NCBI GenBank assembly: GCA_000442015.1 | Contig: KE560904.1 | Span: forward strand, 62,001 to 93,674 | Origin: Rozella allomycis CSF55 | Taxonomy: Eukaryota | Direction: 5' to 3' | DNA length: 31,674 bases | Part shown: positions 11,600-24,858 of the stretch, in pieces | Position numbering within the stretch: position 1 is the stretch's first letter | Layout: each line of letters opens with the position of its first letter | Program-made: the position numbers and the translations under genes | Notes under the pieces: generated by a model | Seen by the model: only the letters and a program-made list of their open reading frames with translations | Database searches by the model: none | Told to the model about the DNA's origin: nothing

Positions 11600-12001
11600 A
11601 TGTTTACCTCGGAAACATCCGACACGGCTGCTATCACCTTGTCACACCGTCAAAAAACATTGCAAAGTCCAACATATTCTTTAAAATTTGCAAATCCACG
11701 TTCAGCAATGCCTTCAGACTTATTTGTTTTTCCGAGTGAATATTCTTACACTAAAAGAATTCCCTCAACTGCCCAAGATGAAATTTTGGATAAAAGTCGT
11801 ATAAGGACAGGAATTATAGAAACCTACCAAAGAATTTCTCCTGCTCATGTTCATATGCGAAAAAGATTGCGAGGTGTTCGTAGCCATCAAAGAACATTAA
11901 ATTGGAAAGAAAAATTAGTTAACGTAATACTCGCACCATTATTAATACCTGTATGCCTGGTCATATGTCTAAAAGAAAGTTGCACGTGTAAGAGCTCCTG
12001 A
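11600..12001 (+). CDS. Hypothetical protein with C-terminal hydrophobic/Cys-rich segment
   Basis: ~133-codon ORF from the ATG at 11600, ending LVNVILAPLLIPVCLVICLKESCTCKSS. No family recognised. Confidence 0.4.
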   Translation: MFTSETSDTAAITLSHRQKTLQSPTYSLKFANPRSAMPSDLFVFPSEYSYTKRIPSTAQDEILDKSRIRTGIIETYQRISPAHVHMRKRLRGVRSHQRTLNWKEKLVNVILAPLLIPVCLVICLKESCTCKSS

Positions 12002-12160
12002 TTTGCAAAGTTATTTTTTATCCTATCGCATTTGTTTACATGTAGCTGTATTAAACAAGGGAATATTTATTGGTCCAAATCAATTCAATAAATGCTCTTG
12101 ACTTTTGATGGTGTAACTTGTGATAGTGAATTTGACTTTATTCAAAAAACGGATTATATT

Positions 12161-12949
12161 TCAAAGATTTTCTTCTAGACCCACTTTTGAATAAATAATG
12201 ATACAATATGTACATAAATGCCATAGGAAGGATGCGAGTTAAAATTTTAACCTACATCAATTTAACGTCATTGGGTTACGATAAATAATCTAATTGCTCG
12301 TTGTTTTCTGCTGTTAAATCTATTTTCTAAAGACTTTTCGATGCTTTCGAGTCTTTTAATTACCACCCGGGTAGCTTTAATGACATTATCCACAGACCTA
12401 TCGTTTAATTAAGTTCTTGCTAATACTTTCGATTAGATGTTCTCAAATAATAATTCTGTTCATCGTCTTCGTCTTCTTCAGATTCATAGCCAGGTAAAAT
12501 AAATAGAGCTTTATCAGAGTATTCACGTTCCCATACAGATTTCATTTCGTTGAAATCCTTCTTCCATCTATACAATGCGCGATTAGATGTTACTCAGCGT
12601 CGTTTTTAGATAAATATATATCACCAAGCTTTATGACTAGAGCGATATATCGTTTCATAGAATCTTCACGTGATAAGTCGCCAAGGGACTGCCATGCTTC
12701 AAAGCGATTTCGTTTAACGACATCATACAAAGGCGGACTAGATGATGCATTAGGTCCTAGTTTCGCCTATTTACTAAAACATAACCCGTATACTTGCTTG
12801 AAACTACTTAAAAGGTAAAATCTAGAATACTAGGAATATAGAATCAGACTATCCGAATCAGATATTGGAAAGCATCGATTAGATATAAATGAGCACGCGA
12901 TCAAAAAAAGTGGTTCAAGGGAAGTGCCATCGTCATTAATTTCTACCAT
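12161..12949 (-). CDS. Acyl-CoA-binding-domain protein with coiled coil and C-terminal membrane anchor (ACBD4/5- or Atg37-like); absent from ORF track
   Basis: Removing introns 12804-12830, 12767-12793, 12568-12593, 12398-12426 and 12252-12279 gives one open frame with LILYSYFKQAKLGPN..PPLYDVVKRNRFEAWQSLGDLSREDSMKRYIALV, the ACBP signature. Confidence 0.88.
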
Positions 12950-13025
12950 GTGAAATTTCGCGGAAAATTCCGCATAAATAACAAGTGTTAAGAGTTATAC
13001 ATGTATTTGGAAATCAATTTTCATC

Positions 13026-13096
13026 GCGTCAGTGGTTTAGTGGTAAAATTAGCCCCTGCCACGGGTTAGCCCCGAGTTCGATTCTCGGCTGACGCA
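13026..13096 (+). tRNA. tRNA-Gly (GCC), intronless
   Basis: Acceptor stem GCGTCAG/CTGACGC plus discriminator A. D-loop TAGTGGTA, anticodon arm AGCCC-CTGCCAC-GGGTT, T-arm CCGAG-TTCGATT-CTCGG, followed by a T run. Confidence 0.96.
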
Positions 13097-13480
13097 TCTT
13101 TTGATAAATTCTTATTTTTTTGAAGACATTTCTTATCAAATTGTAGCCTGAGTAATTTCGAAAATTTTGTATGACAATAAATTTGATGATAAGATCGTAA
13201 AATTCGGAACATCTCCGAGACCCCATGATAAGAAGACGTTCTTCATCGTTAATGAAACCACCCAGTTCTCTTAATTCTTCCACTACATTTGCAATCAATG
13301 AGGGTACTAGTAGTTTATTCAATGTCGGCCAAAATGTCTCAGTAGTCAGGAATATATCCTTGTCGATATCTAGTGTCAGATCTTCTGATCCCGCGGCGAC
13401 AAGAGAAAGAACAATGTCATTGTATAGTGTACACGAAGAATACTTTTAATAAAGTCAGAAATGCAATATTTATTACTCAA

Positions 13481-14443
13481 TTAAATAACAAACCATTCAA
13501 AGACATCTGATATATGTTTTATACCCCCGTTGAGACCGGTTTGTCCAGCGATCTTTAATAGTCTTGGAACATGTACAGCAAAGTCTGAGAGATCTTGATG
13601 GCTAGTTTCCGGACAATGCTTTTCTTCCCAGAAGTCCACATTGGCTCTTTTGATATTTTCATTTGCAAGATCTTGTGACTCCCAATGGAAGTTTTCTGTG
13701 ATCGCAGTTTTTACAAAAACTTTCTTCTTTATTTTTAAGTTCTGCAACGACTCGTTTTCAAAGCAATACCACCATGGATCAACAAGGTAAACATGCTTAA
13801 TGTTAAAGTCTCTTATTTTATCTTTCAATAGCACATTAAACATGGTAGCAGCCCCAAAAGAATGACCTATCAGGTAAATGTCCCTGTTTGTTCGCCCAAC
13901 CTTATCTAAAATCTTTAGTATTTCCTGAGTTCTGAATTCTAATTGAGATTTTCTTAGATCTTTCCACGAATTTTCATCTTTACCTATAGGCTGATAATGA
14001 ATTATTTCCCCCTGAGGTCCAACCGCTGTGCATGCAGTGCCGTCCCTTTTTCTAAGTGGTAATATAAATTACGTATGTTCAACGGCATATACTGTCCAGC
14101 CAATTTCTGCAAACTTTGAGATAAATGTTGAGTAAATAAATCTCGAGCCACCAAGACCATGCGAGAAAATGGCGATCGGAGCACCGTCGTCATCTGATAG
14201 AAAAGAATCCCTATCTTCATAATGCACTTCCTTAATTTCAGGCCTTATAGTGTAAGAAATTAAATAGAATGCAGATGCAAATAATGTTACAGGTTTAGCA
14301 TTCAAAAAATATGCCAAACCTTTCGCATAGTTATAACTTGGCATCCAGTATGATTTCTTATGCTTATGTGAAGACTTGAGAGTTTTGTATAAACGAAATA
14401 CTACATTGTCATATTTTGCGTCCACGAAGCCAACTTCCGTCAT
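13481..14443 (-). CDS. Platelet-activating factor acetylhydrolase-like alpha/beta hydrolase
   Basis: IFSHGLGGSRFIYS, VYAVEH, nucleophile GHSFGAAT, LVDPW and HQDLSD. One intron near 14052-14074. Confidence 0.88.
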
Positions 14444-14537
14444 AGATTTTCAGCCTGGAAATTTCAGGATGAATTCCGTTACAAAGAATGATATACAAGA
14501 TGCCAAATGGGATTTGAATTACAACAAATATTTGACC

Positions 14538-15546
14538 ATGGAAAGAATAACTGTCCAGTATAATAGTCACCATTTTGTGCAGCCAGAAAAGAAAATTAAG
14601 AATTTGCTAGATGTTCAAAGATGGTTAGATACAAAAAGTTTTGAATCGTTCTTAAGGTTTATAATTCATTTAAATGAGGCTGCAAAAAACAGAAAATGCT
14701 TTGATGTTAGTAATCCTAGTAAAGTAAGGCAATGATCTTTTTTACATCAAGAATTGTGAGAATTTGATGAATCTTCTTGACGAAATATTAAATTTCTCTT
14801 TAAAATTTGAACCCACAGAAGCTCCCTGCCGTTTTGGCAATCCTGCTTTTCGTGATTTTTTTGATTATTTCTCTAAAAATGCTGATATGCTTTTGAATCA
14901 CCTCTGCGGCATACAGTTTGAAAAAGCCTTTATTGAATTAAAACCCTATCTAGTAGATTCATTTGGCAACGCAGAACGAATTGATTATGGCTCAGGGCAT
15001 GAGCTTTCATTTGTTGCATTTTTGTTTTGTTTGGATATTATCAATTTTCTAGAGCCCAGTGATTACTCATTCGTTGTTCTAAAAGCCTTTCCTTTATATT
15101 TAAATATTTGCAGAAGTTTACAACAAAGGTATAGAATGGAGCCTGCTGGAAGTCACGGCGTTTGGGGTATTGACGATCACCAATTTTTACCATTTTTATG
15201 GGGAAGCTCTCAATTGATTGGTATTAATCTATTAATCGTTTTACTAGAGCACAGGCATATAAAACCTAAGTCAATTTTACAAGCTGATATCGTAGAAACA
15301 TTTGAAAAAGAGTACATGTACTTGTCTGCGATACATCATATAACTAAAATGAAATCGGGGCCATTTTTTGAGCATTCTCCGACCCTTTACGACATATCTG
15401 GGGTTCCAAACTGGCATAAGGTTAATTTTGGCTTGATTAAAATGTATGTGAACGAGGTATTGATGAAAGTACCAGTAGTACAGGTATAATGCCATTTTTT
15501 GTCTCATTAGCATCTATTTTTTGGATCTTTGATATCAATTGGTTAA
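14538..15546 (+). CDS. PTPA: PP2A phosphatase activator (PTPA/RRD family)
   Basis: RFGNPAFR, FGNAERIDYGSGHELSF, MEPAGSHGVWGIDD, HSPTLYDIS and VVQHLFFGSL. Introns at 14724-14751, 15221-15247 and 15484-15510. Confidence 0.95.
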
Positions 15547-15696
15547 AGAAATGTAAAATAAATTTTAGTTTGATTCCCCGGCTTTCTTAGTTCATATTCA
15601 TATTTTGAAGCTAGTTATGATAGTCAAGTTATTTATAAACATACATTAAGCATGAATGTCCATCCAATGGAAATAATTTGAATTGTATATTTCCTA

Positions 15697-17910
15697 ATGA
15701 ATCTTATTCCAAAAATAGCTAGGCAAAATTTTCTTGTACAAAGCAATATCATACGGCATTTTTCTTCATGGCGTAAAAATAGGATGAACGATCCTAATGT
15801 GAAAGAAACAAAAATAGGAATGAATTTTATGTTATTACACAGTAAGCTTGAAGAATACTATTCCAAACGTATATTTTGCATTATATTTTATCTAGGCGAA
15901 TTATTGGCAATATTAAAAAAATTTGGTGAAAATGTTACAGATCCGAATGGTAAACTTTGCACCTTCCGCTCATTTAGAAACAATTAACCCCGATGTCTGC
16001 GAGTATTTATTCTACGAGAGTGGATATTATAAATGCCCCGAAGAATTCAATGATCACAGATATATGTTTAAGGAGCGACCGCCACCATCAGAAAAAGCCC
16101 CACAAAGGCCCCCAATAGTTACAATTGTAACTAAATGTGCATCATGACAATAGATGGGCCATGTTGATCATGGAAAGACATCTTTATTGGACTTTTTTAG
16201 GAAGAGCAACATTGTGGAGAATGAAGCCGGGAAAATAACCCAGCATATTGGTGCATTCACAGGTATAGAATTTCAAAACTTATTCAATTAGTTCACATCG
16301 GAGAACAAAAGATTACATTTTTAGATACACCGGGACATGCAGCATTTCTGGAAATGAGACATAGAGGTGCTCAGGTGACTGATTTTGTAATACTGGTTGT
16401 GGCTGCAAATGATGGCATCCAACCTCAAACATTAGAATCAATAAAATTTATAAAAGAAGCAAAGGTTCCCATGATTGTCGCCATTAATAAATGTGATAAA
16501 TTTATGAAGGAAGTGAAAAAAGTTAAGGACCAGTTACTTGCAAATGGTATCGAGCTTGAAGAGGTTGGTGGTGATGTACAATGCATTCCTATTTCTGCTG
16601 TGACAGTATAATACACGTTTTAACAACCATAGGGACTAGGAATGGATGATTTGACCCAGGCAATAATTGCTCAAGCTGAAATAATGGATCTCAGAGCCGA
16701 AGCAGATGGAAACGTCGAAGGCACGATAATAGAATCCAAAACTGTGGAGGGAAAAGGGACAGTGGCAACTGTTTTGGTAAGAAGGGGAACAATAGTTCCA
16801 AGGACAACATTACTGGCAGAGAAAGCATATTGCATAGTTAGAACCATGATAGAAAGTAATTCAAAAACATTAACGAGGGCAGCGCCTTCCACTGCTGTAG
16901 AAATTGACGGCTGGTCGAGCGTTCCTCCTATTGGATCGAAAGTCTTTCAAGTTCCCGATAAAGTAAATTATATTATTTTTTCTGTTAAAGGAATACGCGC
17001 TTGGGCGTATTAGTTCTCTAAAGCAGTGGGAAGAACAAGTGAATAGATTTAAATCAGAGCACACCAGATTAAAGTCTCTGTTGTTAAGAAAACTGGATCC
17101 ATTTTATAGACAAAAAATGCTTGAAGTGACAGGATCATTAAAAGGTGGGATGAGATGGAATATGGATGATATGGTAAGCGAGAAAGAAACTAAACAAGTT
17201 CCCAAAGTTAATATTGTCATCAAAGGTAAAATTGAACTACAAAGTAGAAGTAGCTGACGTATTGGGGTCCATTGAAGCAATAGAAAATCTTTTGTCTTCA
17301 GTTCCGACGAATAAGATCAGGCCCGTTGTAATTAACAAGCAAATTGGACCGCCAACAGAGTCAGATGTCGAGCTAGCATCACTCGCTAACGGTAATAAGA
17401 CATTTTCCCATCCATAGCAATAATTGTCAATTTCAATGTAGAGCCACCGGCGAATATCCTTTCCAAGTGTCAAAAGAAGAAAGTTACAATAAAAAGCTTC
17501 AAGGTCATTTATCACTTGATTGATTTTCTGAATGAAGAGTTGTGCAAACGAATCCCAATCGAATATTCGAGTCTTAAAATTGGAGAAGCAAAAGTCTTGA
17601 AAGTATTTGAAATTTCCGATGGTGAAATCAAAGCTGGAGGTTCCATAACCACTTTTGGTGACATCAGAAAAACTCAAGAGAATCTTTATGCGGTTAAGGT
17701 TGTCAGAGATTCTAAGGCAGTGTATGAAGGTAACTTTGGCAAATTTGAAACATTTTAGGGTCTATTGATTCTTTGAAGCATTTTAAACAAGAAGTTTCAT
17801 TGATTTCACATCCGTCGGAATTTGGCATTTCCTTTAAGGGTTTTGCGGTAAAGGAAAACGATATTATTGAATCTTACGAATTGAAACCAATCACACAAAA
17901 ATTATTTTAA
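15697..17910 (+). CDS. IFM1: Mitochondrial translation initiation factor IF2
   Basis: Arg-rich presequence-like N-terminus. [54 protein letters not shown] and SLKHFK. Many tiny introns. Confidence 0.93.
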
Positions 17911-17962
17911 TAAAAAGGGTATTATCATATTCCTTAAAATTCCCTGTGTGGCTTGCCTTCTT

Positions 17963-19589
17963 ATGACAAAGTTAAGCAGTTCTGAACCAACTGTAATATC
18001 CTCAGTTGCAAATTACCAAAATGGCTTTATCGAAAGCTCTTTTATGTATAATAAGGTCGACGTTTCAAAGTTTGAAAATCAGTATATTGCCAAACCAACA
18101 ACGACTCATCTTCGATTTCGAACTGATACAAACGTCCCAAAACTAGGGTATTTATTTCTGAAAACTTATATAATAGTGTAATGCTTGTTGGTTGGGGTGG
18201 AAATAATGGAAGCACTTTTACAGCTGGCATTTTAGCAAACAAAATGTCGTTGAAATGGCAGACCCGAAGAGGCTTGCAAAATGCGAATTATTTAGGTTCA
18301 GTTTTTATGTCATCTACAATGGTTTTGGGTCCATCAGAAGAAGATCTTGACAATCTAGTACATGTGCCCATGAATTCACTGGTCCCAATGGTTAACCCAA
18401 ATGAAATTGTTATCGGGGGTTGGGATATTAGTTCTATGAATTTAGCGGATGCAATGGATAGAGCCCAGGTTTTGGAACCAGATCTTAAAATCCAATTAAA
18501 AGATGCTATGGGCAAGATGAAACCACTTCCTTCAATTTACTATCCGGACTTTATTGCGGCAAATCAAGTAGAGAGAGCTGATAACGTTATCCCTGGAACA
18601 AATAAAAATGAACACTTGGAAGTCATCAGGAATGACATAAGGTAAATGTATTGCTAGAAGATTATAGACAATTTAAAAAAGCTAATGATTTAGATAAAGT
18701 TATTGTAATGTGGACCGCAAATACTGAAAGGTTTTCGGATGTCAAGGAAGGATTGAACGATACAGCAGAATCATTGCTAACGTCCATTAAAGAATCCAAA
18801 GACGAAATTTCTCCGTCATCTATTTTCGCTGTCGCCAGCATTTTAGAAGGATGCCCATTTATAAACGGTAGTCCGCAGAATACTCTAGTCCCGGGAGTCA
18901 TTGATCTGGCTACTCAACATGCGGTTCCAATCGGAGGTGATGACTTTAAGACTGGGCAGACAAAAATTAAATCTGTCTTGGTCGACTTTTTGGTAAATGC
19001 CGGAATTAAACCTCTTGCCATCACATCTTACAATCATTTGGGTAACAACGATGGTGCCAATCTATCCGCGCCAAAACAATTTCGTTCCAAAGAAATAACA
19101 AAGTCATCGGTAGTAGACGATATGGTTAAGGCTAATTTCTTATTGTATTCCAAAAATGAACACCCAGATCATACGATTGTGATTAAGAATGTTCCTTCTG
19201 TCGGCGACAGCAAGCGAGCTCTCGATGAATACGAAAATGAAATATTTATGGGTGGTAGAAATACAATATCACTCCACAATACATGTGAAGATTCCTTATT
19301 GGCTGTTCCAGTGATGATTGATCTTATAATCCTTATGGAACTCTTTACAAGAGTGACCTACAAAACTGATTGTGAAACAGAATTTAAAAATTTTAATGTC
19401 GTCAATTCATTCTTATCGTATTTTTTGAAAGCGCCAATGGTTCCTTACAGAACTCCTGTAATTAACGCGTTGTAATTCTTCATATTTATATTTTATAGGC
19501 AAACTCAAAGAAGAGCAATTGAAAACGTATTGAGAGCTTTGTTAGGATTGCCAATATACGATGACTCCCTCTTGCATTATAGAATGTAA
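17963..19589 (+). CDS. INO1: Inositol-3-phosphate synthase
   Basis: [32 protein letters not shown] and [10 protein letters not shown]. Three tiny introns. Confidence 0.97.
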
Positions 19590-20319
19590 TATTCACGAAA
19601 TTTACGAAGTTGGTAAATAAAAAAGTTTACCCTGGCTTTATAGCTTGAAAAGCTGTGTTATCAACTTGTTCTTCTTTTAAATGAAGTGCCAGGCTAAGAA
19701 ACAGCTGACACTTATTTTCGTTCATTCAGTCTCCTATCGCCAATTATATCTATAGGTAGCATGAATATGACGATACAACTCTATTGTAATTTCATAAAAC
19801 CCTTTAAATATTATCATGGTCTATATTTGTTTGATTTTAATAACTTACGAAGTACGCCTAATCTCTGTCGGTATGACAAAGCAATGTCTTTATCGATCGT
19901 AATTAGGCAATATTGATTTTCTATATGCGCCCTTTCTATTCCAAATTGTACCGCCTAGCTATAACAAGCTTGATAAAATGCGACTACGACGCACATATTT
20001 TTACATGTCGAATTTGAATATAGTACACCTTGCTAACGACAAATAAAAATTGATATATTGATATATTTATTATTAAATATTTTATATTTTATGTTTATTG
20101 AAATCCTATCCTAAACTCTAGTAAGTTAAAATGTAGTCTGTAGAAGTATAACCGTTGATCAATCTTCATGTCTACAATAGAAAAACACATTTCATTAGAC
20201 TTTCGAGACGAAGCTGAATGTAAATCATAAATCTGAAATAGTAAATATATCTGAATTGAACGTAATGTAATTTTGGTCACAAAGAAACTAAGCCATCCTC
20301 CCCTGGCAAAAAATTTTCA

Positions 20320-20743
20320 ATGGCTGTTACACCAAACTCAGGAATCGCCGTCGGTCTTAACAAAGGCCGTGATGTTACAAAAAGAGCACTTCCACAAAAG
20401 CCATCACAACGCAAAGGTGTAAGTAATTTTTACAAAAATGATTTTTTACATTTATTTAATTTATATGTCGTTAAAAGAACTAGCTAATTTATTAGTTTTG
20501 CGGAAAACGTACTCAATTCGTCAGAGGATTGATCCGCGAAGTTGCTGGATTCGCTCCATATGAAAAGCGCATCATGGAACTTTTGAAGAACGGTAGAGAT
20601 AAACGTGCCCGCAAGCTCACAAAGAGACGTGTAAAAATAATATGTTAGTATAAGTCTAGCTTGGAACTTTAAGACGCGCTAAGAGAAAAATTGAGGAACT
20701 CAACAATGTTATTGTTGAATCTCGCCGCGCTGCTGCTCATTAA
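20320..20743 (+). CDS. RPL36: 60S ribosomal protein L36 (eL36); absent from ORF track
   Basis: [34 protein letters not shown] and [14 protein letters not shown]. Introns at 20419-20495 (77 nt) and 20631-20659. Confidence 0.96.
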
Positions 20744-21090
20744 ATAAATCATGCTTTGTTGCTTTACAAATTGGTTCCTTATCTCAACATTGTACTTTTA
20801 GAAAATTGTGTAAGATTTTTTTAATATATCAACTTTTTTTATTGATTAAATAAAGCTTCCGAGCAGATCATGACCTGATTCTCCAACAAATTTCTTTTGA
20901 AGGCTTCATGATTGTAATATAAAATTCGTCATGAAATCAAAAAGAGATGAAAATATGAAATCAAACTATTTTGAATTTTTGATTTCATACAATACAACGT
21001 CCATTTCCAAGAGACGTCATTGAATGTAATAGTGATAAAATTACTTTTTCAAATTCTAATTTCCAATGTGTACAACTGTGGCTTTTACAA

Positions 21091-22217
21091 ATGAGAAAAT
21101 GGGTGAAATTGTCAAAAGGTGTAACGGATGCCGTGTCACCAAATTTACGGGTTCTAACATATAATATATTGTCTCCCAAACTTTCGAATATTGGTACTAT
21201 GAAGAAAATTTCAAAGGAAAATTTGTTATGGGATCGGCGTTGCCCATTAATAACGCAAGAGATTTTTGGTACACTATACCCTGAAACAATTATTTAGATT
21301 TAGATCCAGATGTTTTCGGTCTGCAAGTATAATATTTACTTCAATGTTTCAGGAAGTCGAGCCTGCTCATTATATGACAATATTATCAAAGAAATTCGAT
21401 GAATATTTTTCATATTATATAAAAAGAACTGGAGACAAACCTGATGGATGTTGTTTATTTCTTAGAAAAACTAGATTTGATGTACTTGATCAGGTTTTTG
21501 TTAAATTTGTAGACCATGCCGAATGTGACCGCGACAATGTCGGCATTATCGCTTTATGCTATGATAAAAGTATATGATTCAACGACAATAATAAAGAATT
21601 GAAAATGAATGCAGTCTTTTCAACGACGCATATACTGTTCAATAGTAGTAGAGGTTACATTAAACTAATACAAATGAACATGCTACTTGAAAATATAAAT
21701 AAACTTTTTAAGAAGCACGAATTAAGCTCTAACTGCCCCATTTGTAATGAAAATTGATATTTTTACAAAAGTTATCATGGGTGATTTCAATATGACACCT
21801 TTTAGCGGTTTATATAAATTCATGGTTGAAGGTATGTTTTTCTTCTTGCGATTAAGTTAAGGCTTCATTGATTTGGCCCAGAGCGGGAAGGAAAATCAAC
21901 TGTCCGGACAAAATTGCGGAAGATCCCAAGAAATAAAAAAATATTGGCTTAATCAAACCTTTGAAAATCCATTCAGTTTGAAAAGTTCAATGTTCATGCA
22001 CGAGAATTCGCCTGATAATGTTTCCATATTTCATTTAGGGTCGGAGTCGATTGTCGACTATATCTTTTATGGAAGCATTAAAGAAGTTGGCGATAAAATC
22101 CTGCCAGTTCAAGGAAAAGAATTTTTAGAAAAGCGAAATATGAAAAGTTTTCTTCCCAATGAAGACTTTCCATCTGACCATGTTCCATTGGTAGTAGATT
22201 TTCACATAGAAAATTGA
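21091..22217 (+). CDS. Angel/Ngl-type CCR4-like EEP nuclease/phosphatase; true start may be upstream (~20931)
   Basis: LTYNILS, GLQ|EVE, KPDGCCLF, RDNVGII, TTHILFN..RG.IKL.Q, MGDFN.TP.S, VDYIFY and PSDH. Confidence 0.88.
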
Positions 22218-22267
22218 TCATAATAATATAAAATATGTTTTAAATTAAATTTATCAAGCAAAATTAA

Positions 22268-23040
<773 letters not shown>

Positions 23041-23198
23041 GTCTCCATTCTTTTCCTTGCATTAAAAATTCCTTGATAATGATCAGCCAAATTCCACGAA
23101 GGCTTGCGCTCATAAATCTATGTAATTGTGCCATGCAATCTCACAGTCGATTTAGTCTAAAAATATCAACATGTATTGTTAATTAAAACTTAGAAACT

Positions 23199-23936
23199 TT
23201 ATTTCAAATTGGGAATTATCATGGCTTGTAGCAAATCATTTGAGGCTAAGGAAAGGGCCGACACGTCAATATCATAATTTAGAGGGCCCTTGCCCCTATA
23301 AAAAAACAAAATTCGAGAATTTTTCATATCCTGCATCTTATTAATTTGATCCTTAATGTCCTGGAGTTTCGAATGTCGATGAATATGAACAATTTTATCT
23401 GCACCGGTGGACAATCGCACTGTTATATTAAATAATGCATCATTTAATGATTCATTACGCTTATCGCCACCGCTTTTATTCCTGTTGTTTACTTCTGGTA
23501 TCTTTTGAATATTTTTAGGTTCCTTTATGCAAAAAAGTGGGATCTGATAATGTTCACCCCATGAGTCATATAGATCTGTCAACAACCCTGTAGGAGCGAT
23601 AAGTCCTAGAGAATCCACGATTGCTTGCTGCAATTCTACATCGTTACTTTCGCATGCACCTTTCAGAGATTGCCAAACTGACAACTTCCCCTTACATTTA
23701 GCATTAATAGAGCTATTACTCCATAGCTTGGCGCTGTTTCCCAAAAATCATTTCTCTCCTTCTCTAATTTAGTCCGAGTCCATGGCTCTTCAGTAGTCCA
23801 TTCTGGGTAGCGGTTCGTGAGTCTTTTAGATCCCCCTGTAATAACATATATGAGATTTATTACCTGTGGGCAAGGAATTTCTTGAATTTGAGCCTGAGCC
23901 TATGTAATCATGAGAAGAAGAACAGCATAAACCCAT
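23199..23936 (-). CDS. Ubiquitin domain-containing protein (UBTD1/2, DC-UbP family)
   Basis: N-terminal MGLCCS acylation motif, LEKERNDFWETAPSYG|GKLSVWQSLK, PTGLL..YDSWGEHYQIPLFC..P.N and a C-terminal ubiquitin-like domain. Confidence 0.88.
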
Positions 23937-24078
23937 TTGAAAATGATGAATTATCAAATTTAGACTTTGAATTATCAAAAACTAAGATGCATCTCGAAAT
24001 ACAATTTGAAATAAATCAATCATGAAAAATAAAGAGATTTTAGTTTTTAAATGTAAATGCTTGAAAATCGAAATAACT

Positions 24079-24774
24079 TTATTTCTTGGAATTAAAATAC
24101 TCCTTGACACCTTCGAGAGTTGGTTTCATTCCTTTTTTCCCTGGAGTCCAATTCACTGGGCAAACTTCACCGTGCTCGTCAGCAAAATGTATGGCTTTGA
24201 GAGTGCGAAGAGCTTCATCAACAGAACGTCCGATAGGTAAATCATTGAGGGTAGCATGACGAAGAATACCTTTCTTGTCAATGATAAATAGGCCACTAAA
24301 ACATTAAATTTACTTCTTATTACCGAATTGGAAGTCCTTCGTCTTCCAAAAGGACGCCAAATTTCTTGCTTAAACTTTTGTTGAAGTCGGCCAAAATTGG
24401 AATATTCATTTCTCCCAAACCTCCTTTTTCACGAGGAATCATTGTCCAATTTAAATGAGAGTAGGCAGAATCACATGATACAGCAATAACTTGACAACCG
24501 AGTTCAGAGAATTCAGCCGCACGGTCACTAAAAGCAATAATCTCAGTTGGGCAAACAAAGGTACTAATATTTTCATTAAAAAGAGAAAGTTACAAATCAG
24601 CGGGATAAAAAAGCAAAAGAATATCCTTTCCTGCATAATCGGATGACGCTATTTGCTTGATTTCACCATTGTGGACGGCTTGAAGGGACCAAGTCGGTGC
24701 TGGTCTTTGAACTATGATTACTTTTAATAATATGTACTTAAGCAAGGAACATGATTGTTTGTTTCAACTGTCAT
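24079..24774 (-). CDS. Typical 2-Cys peroxiredoxin (Tsa1/PRDX1 family)
   Basis: [32 protein letters not shown] and C-terminal KEYF. Several tiny introns. Confidence 0.95.
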
Positions 24775-24858
24775 TTTACAAGGGTTCCATCAGATTATTC
24801 TGGAAAGCAAAATTGACTTTGAAATTCCAGAAATAATCTTCTCCTAAGTTTCATATTT

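Noticed and set aside
13029-13097. Peptide MRQPRIELGANPWQGLILPLNH
   Set aside because: It is the antisense translation of tRNA-Gly.
19600-20300. Possible hidden gene or ncRNA in the long INO1-RPL36 gap
   Set aside because: Only short frames; I could not build a consistent spliced model or recognise any motif or RNA structure.
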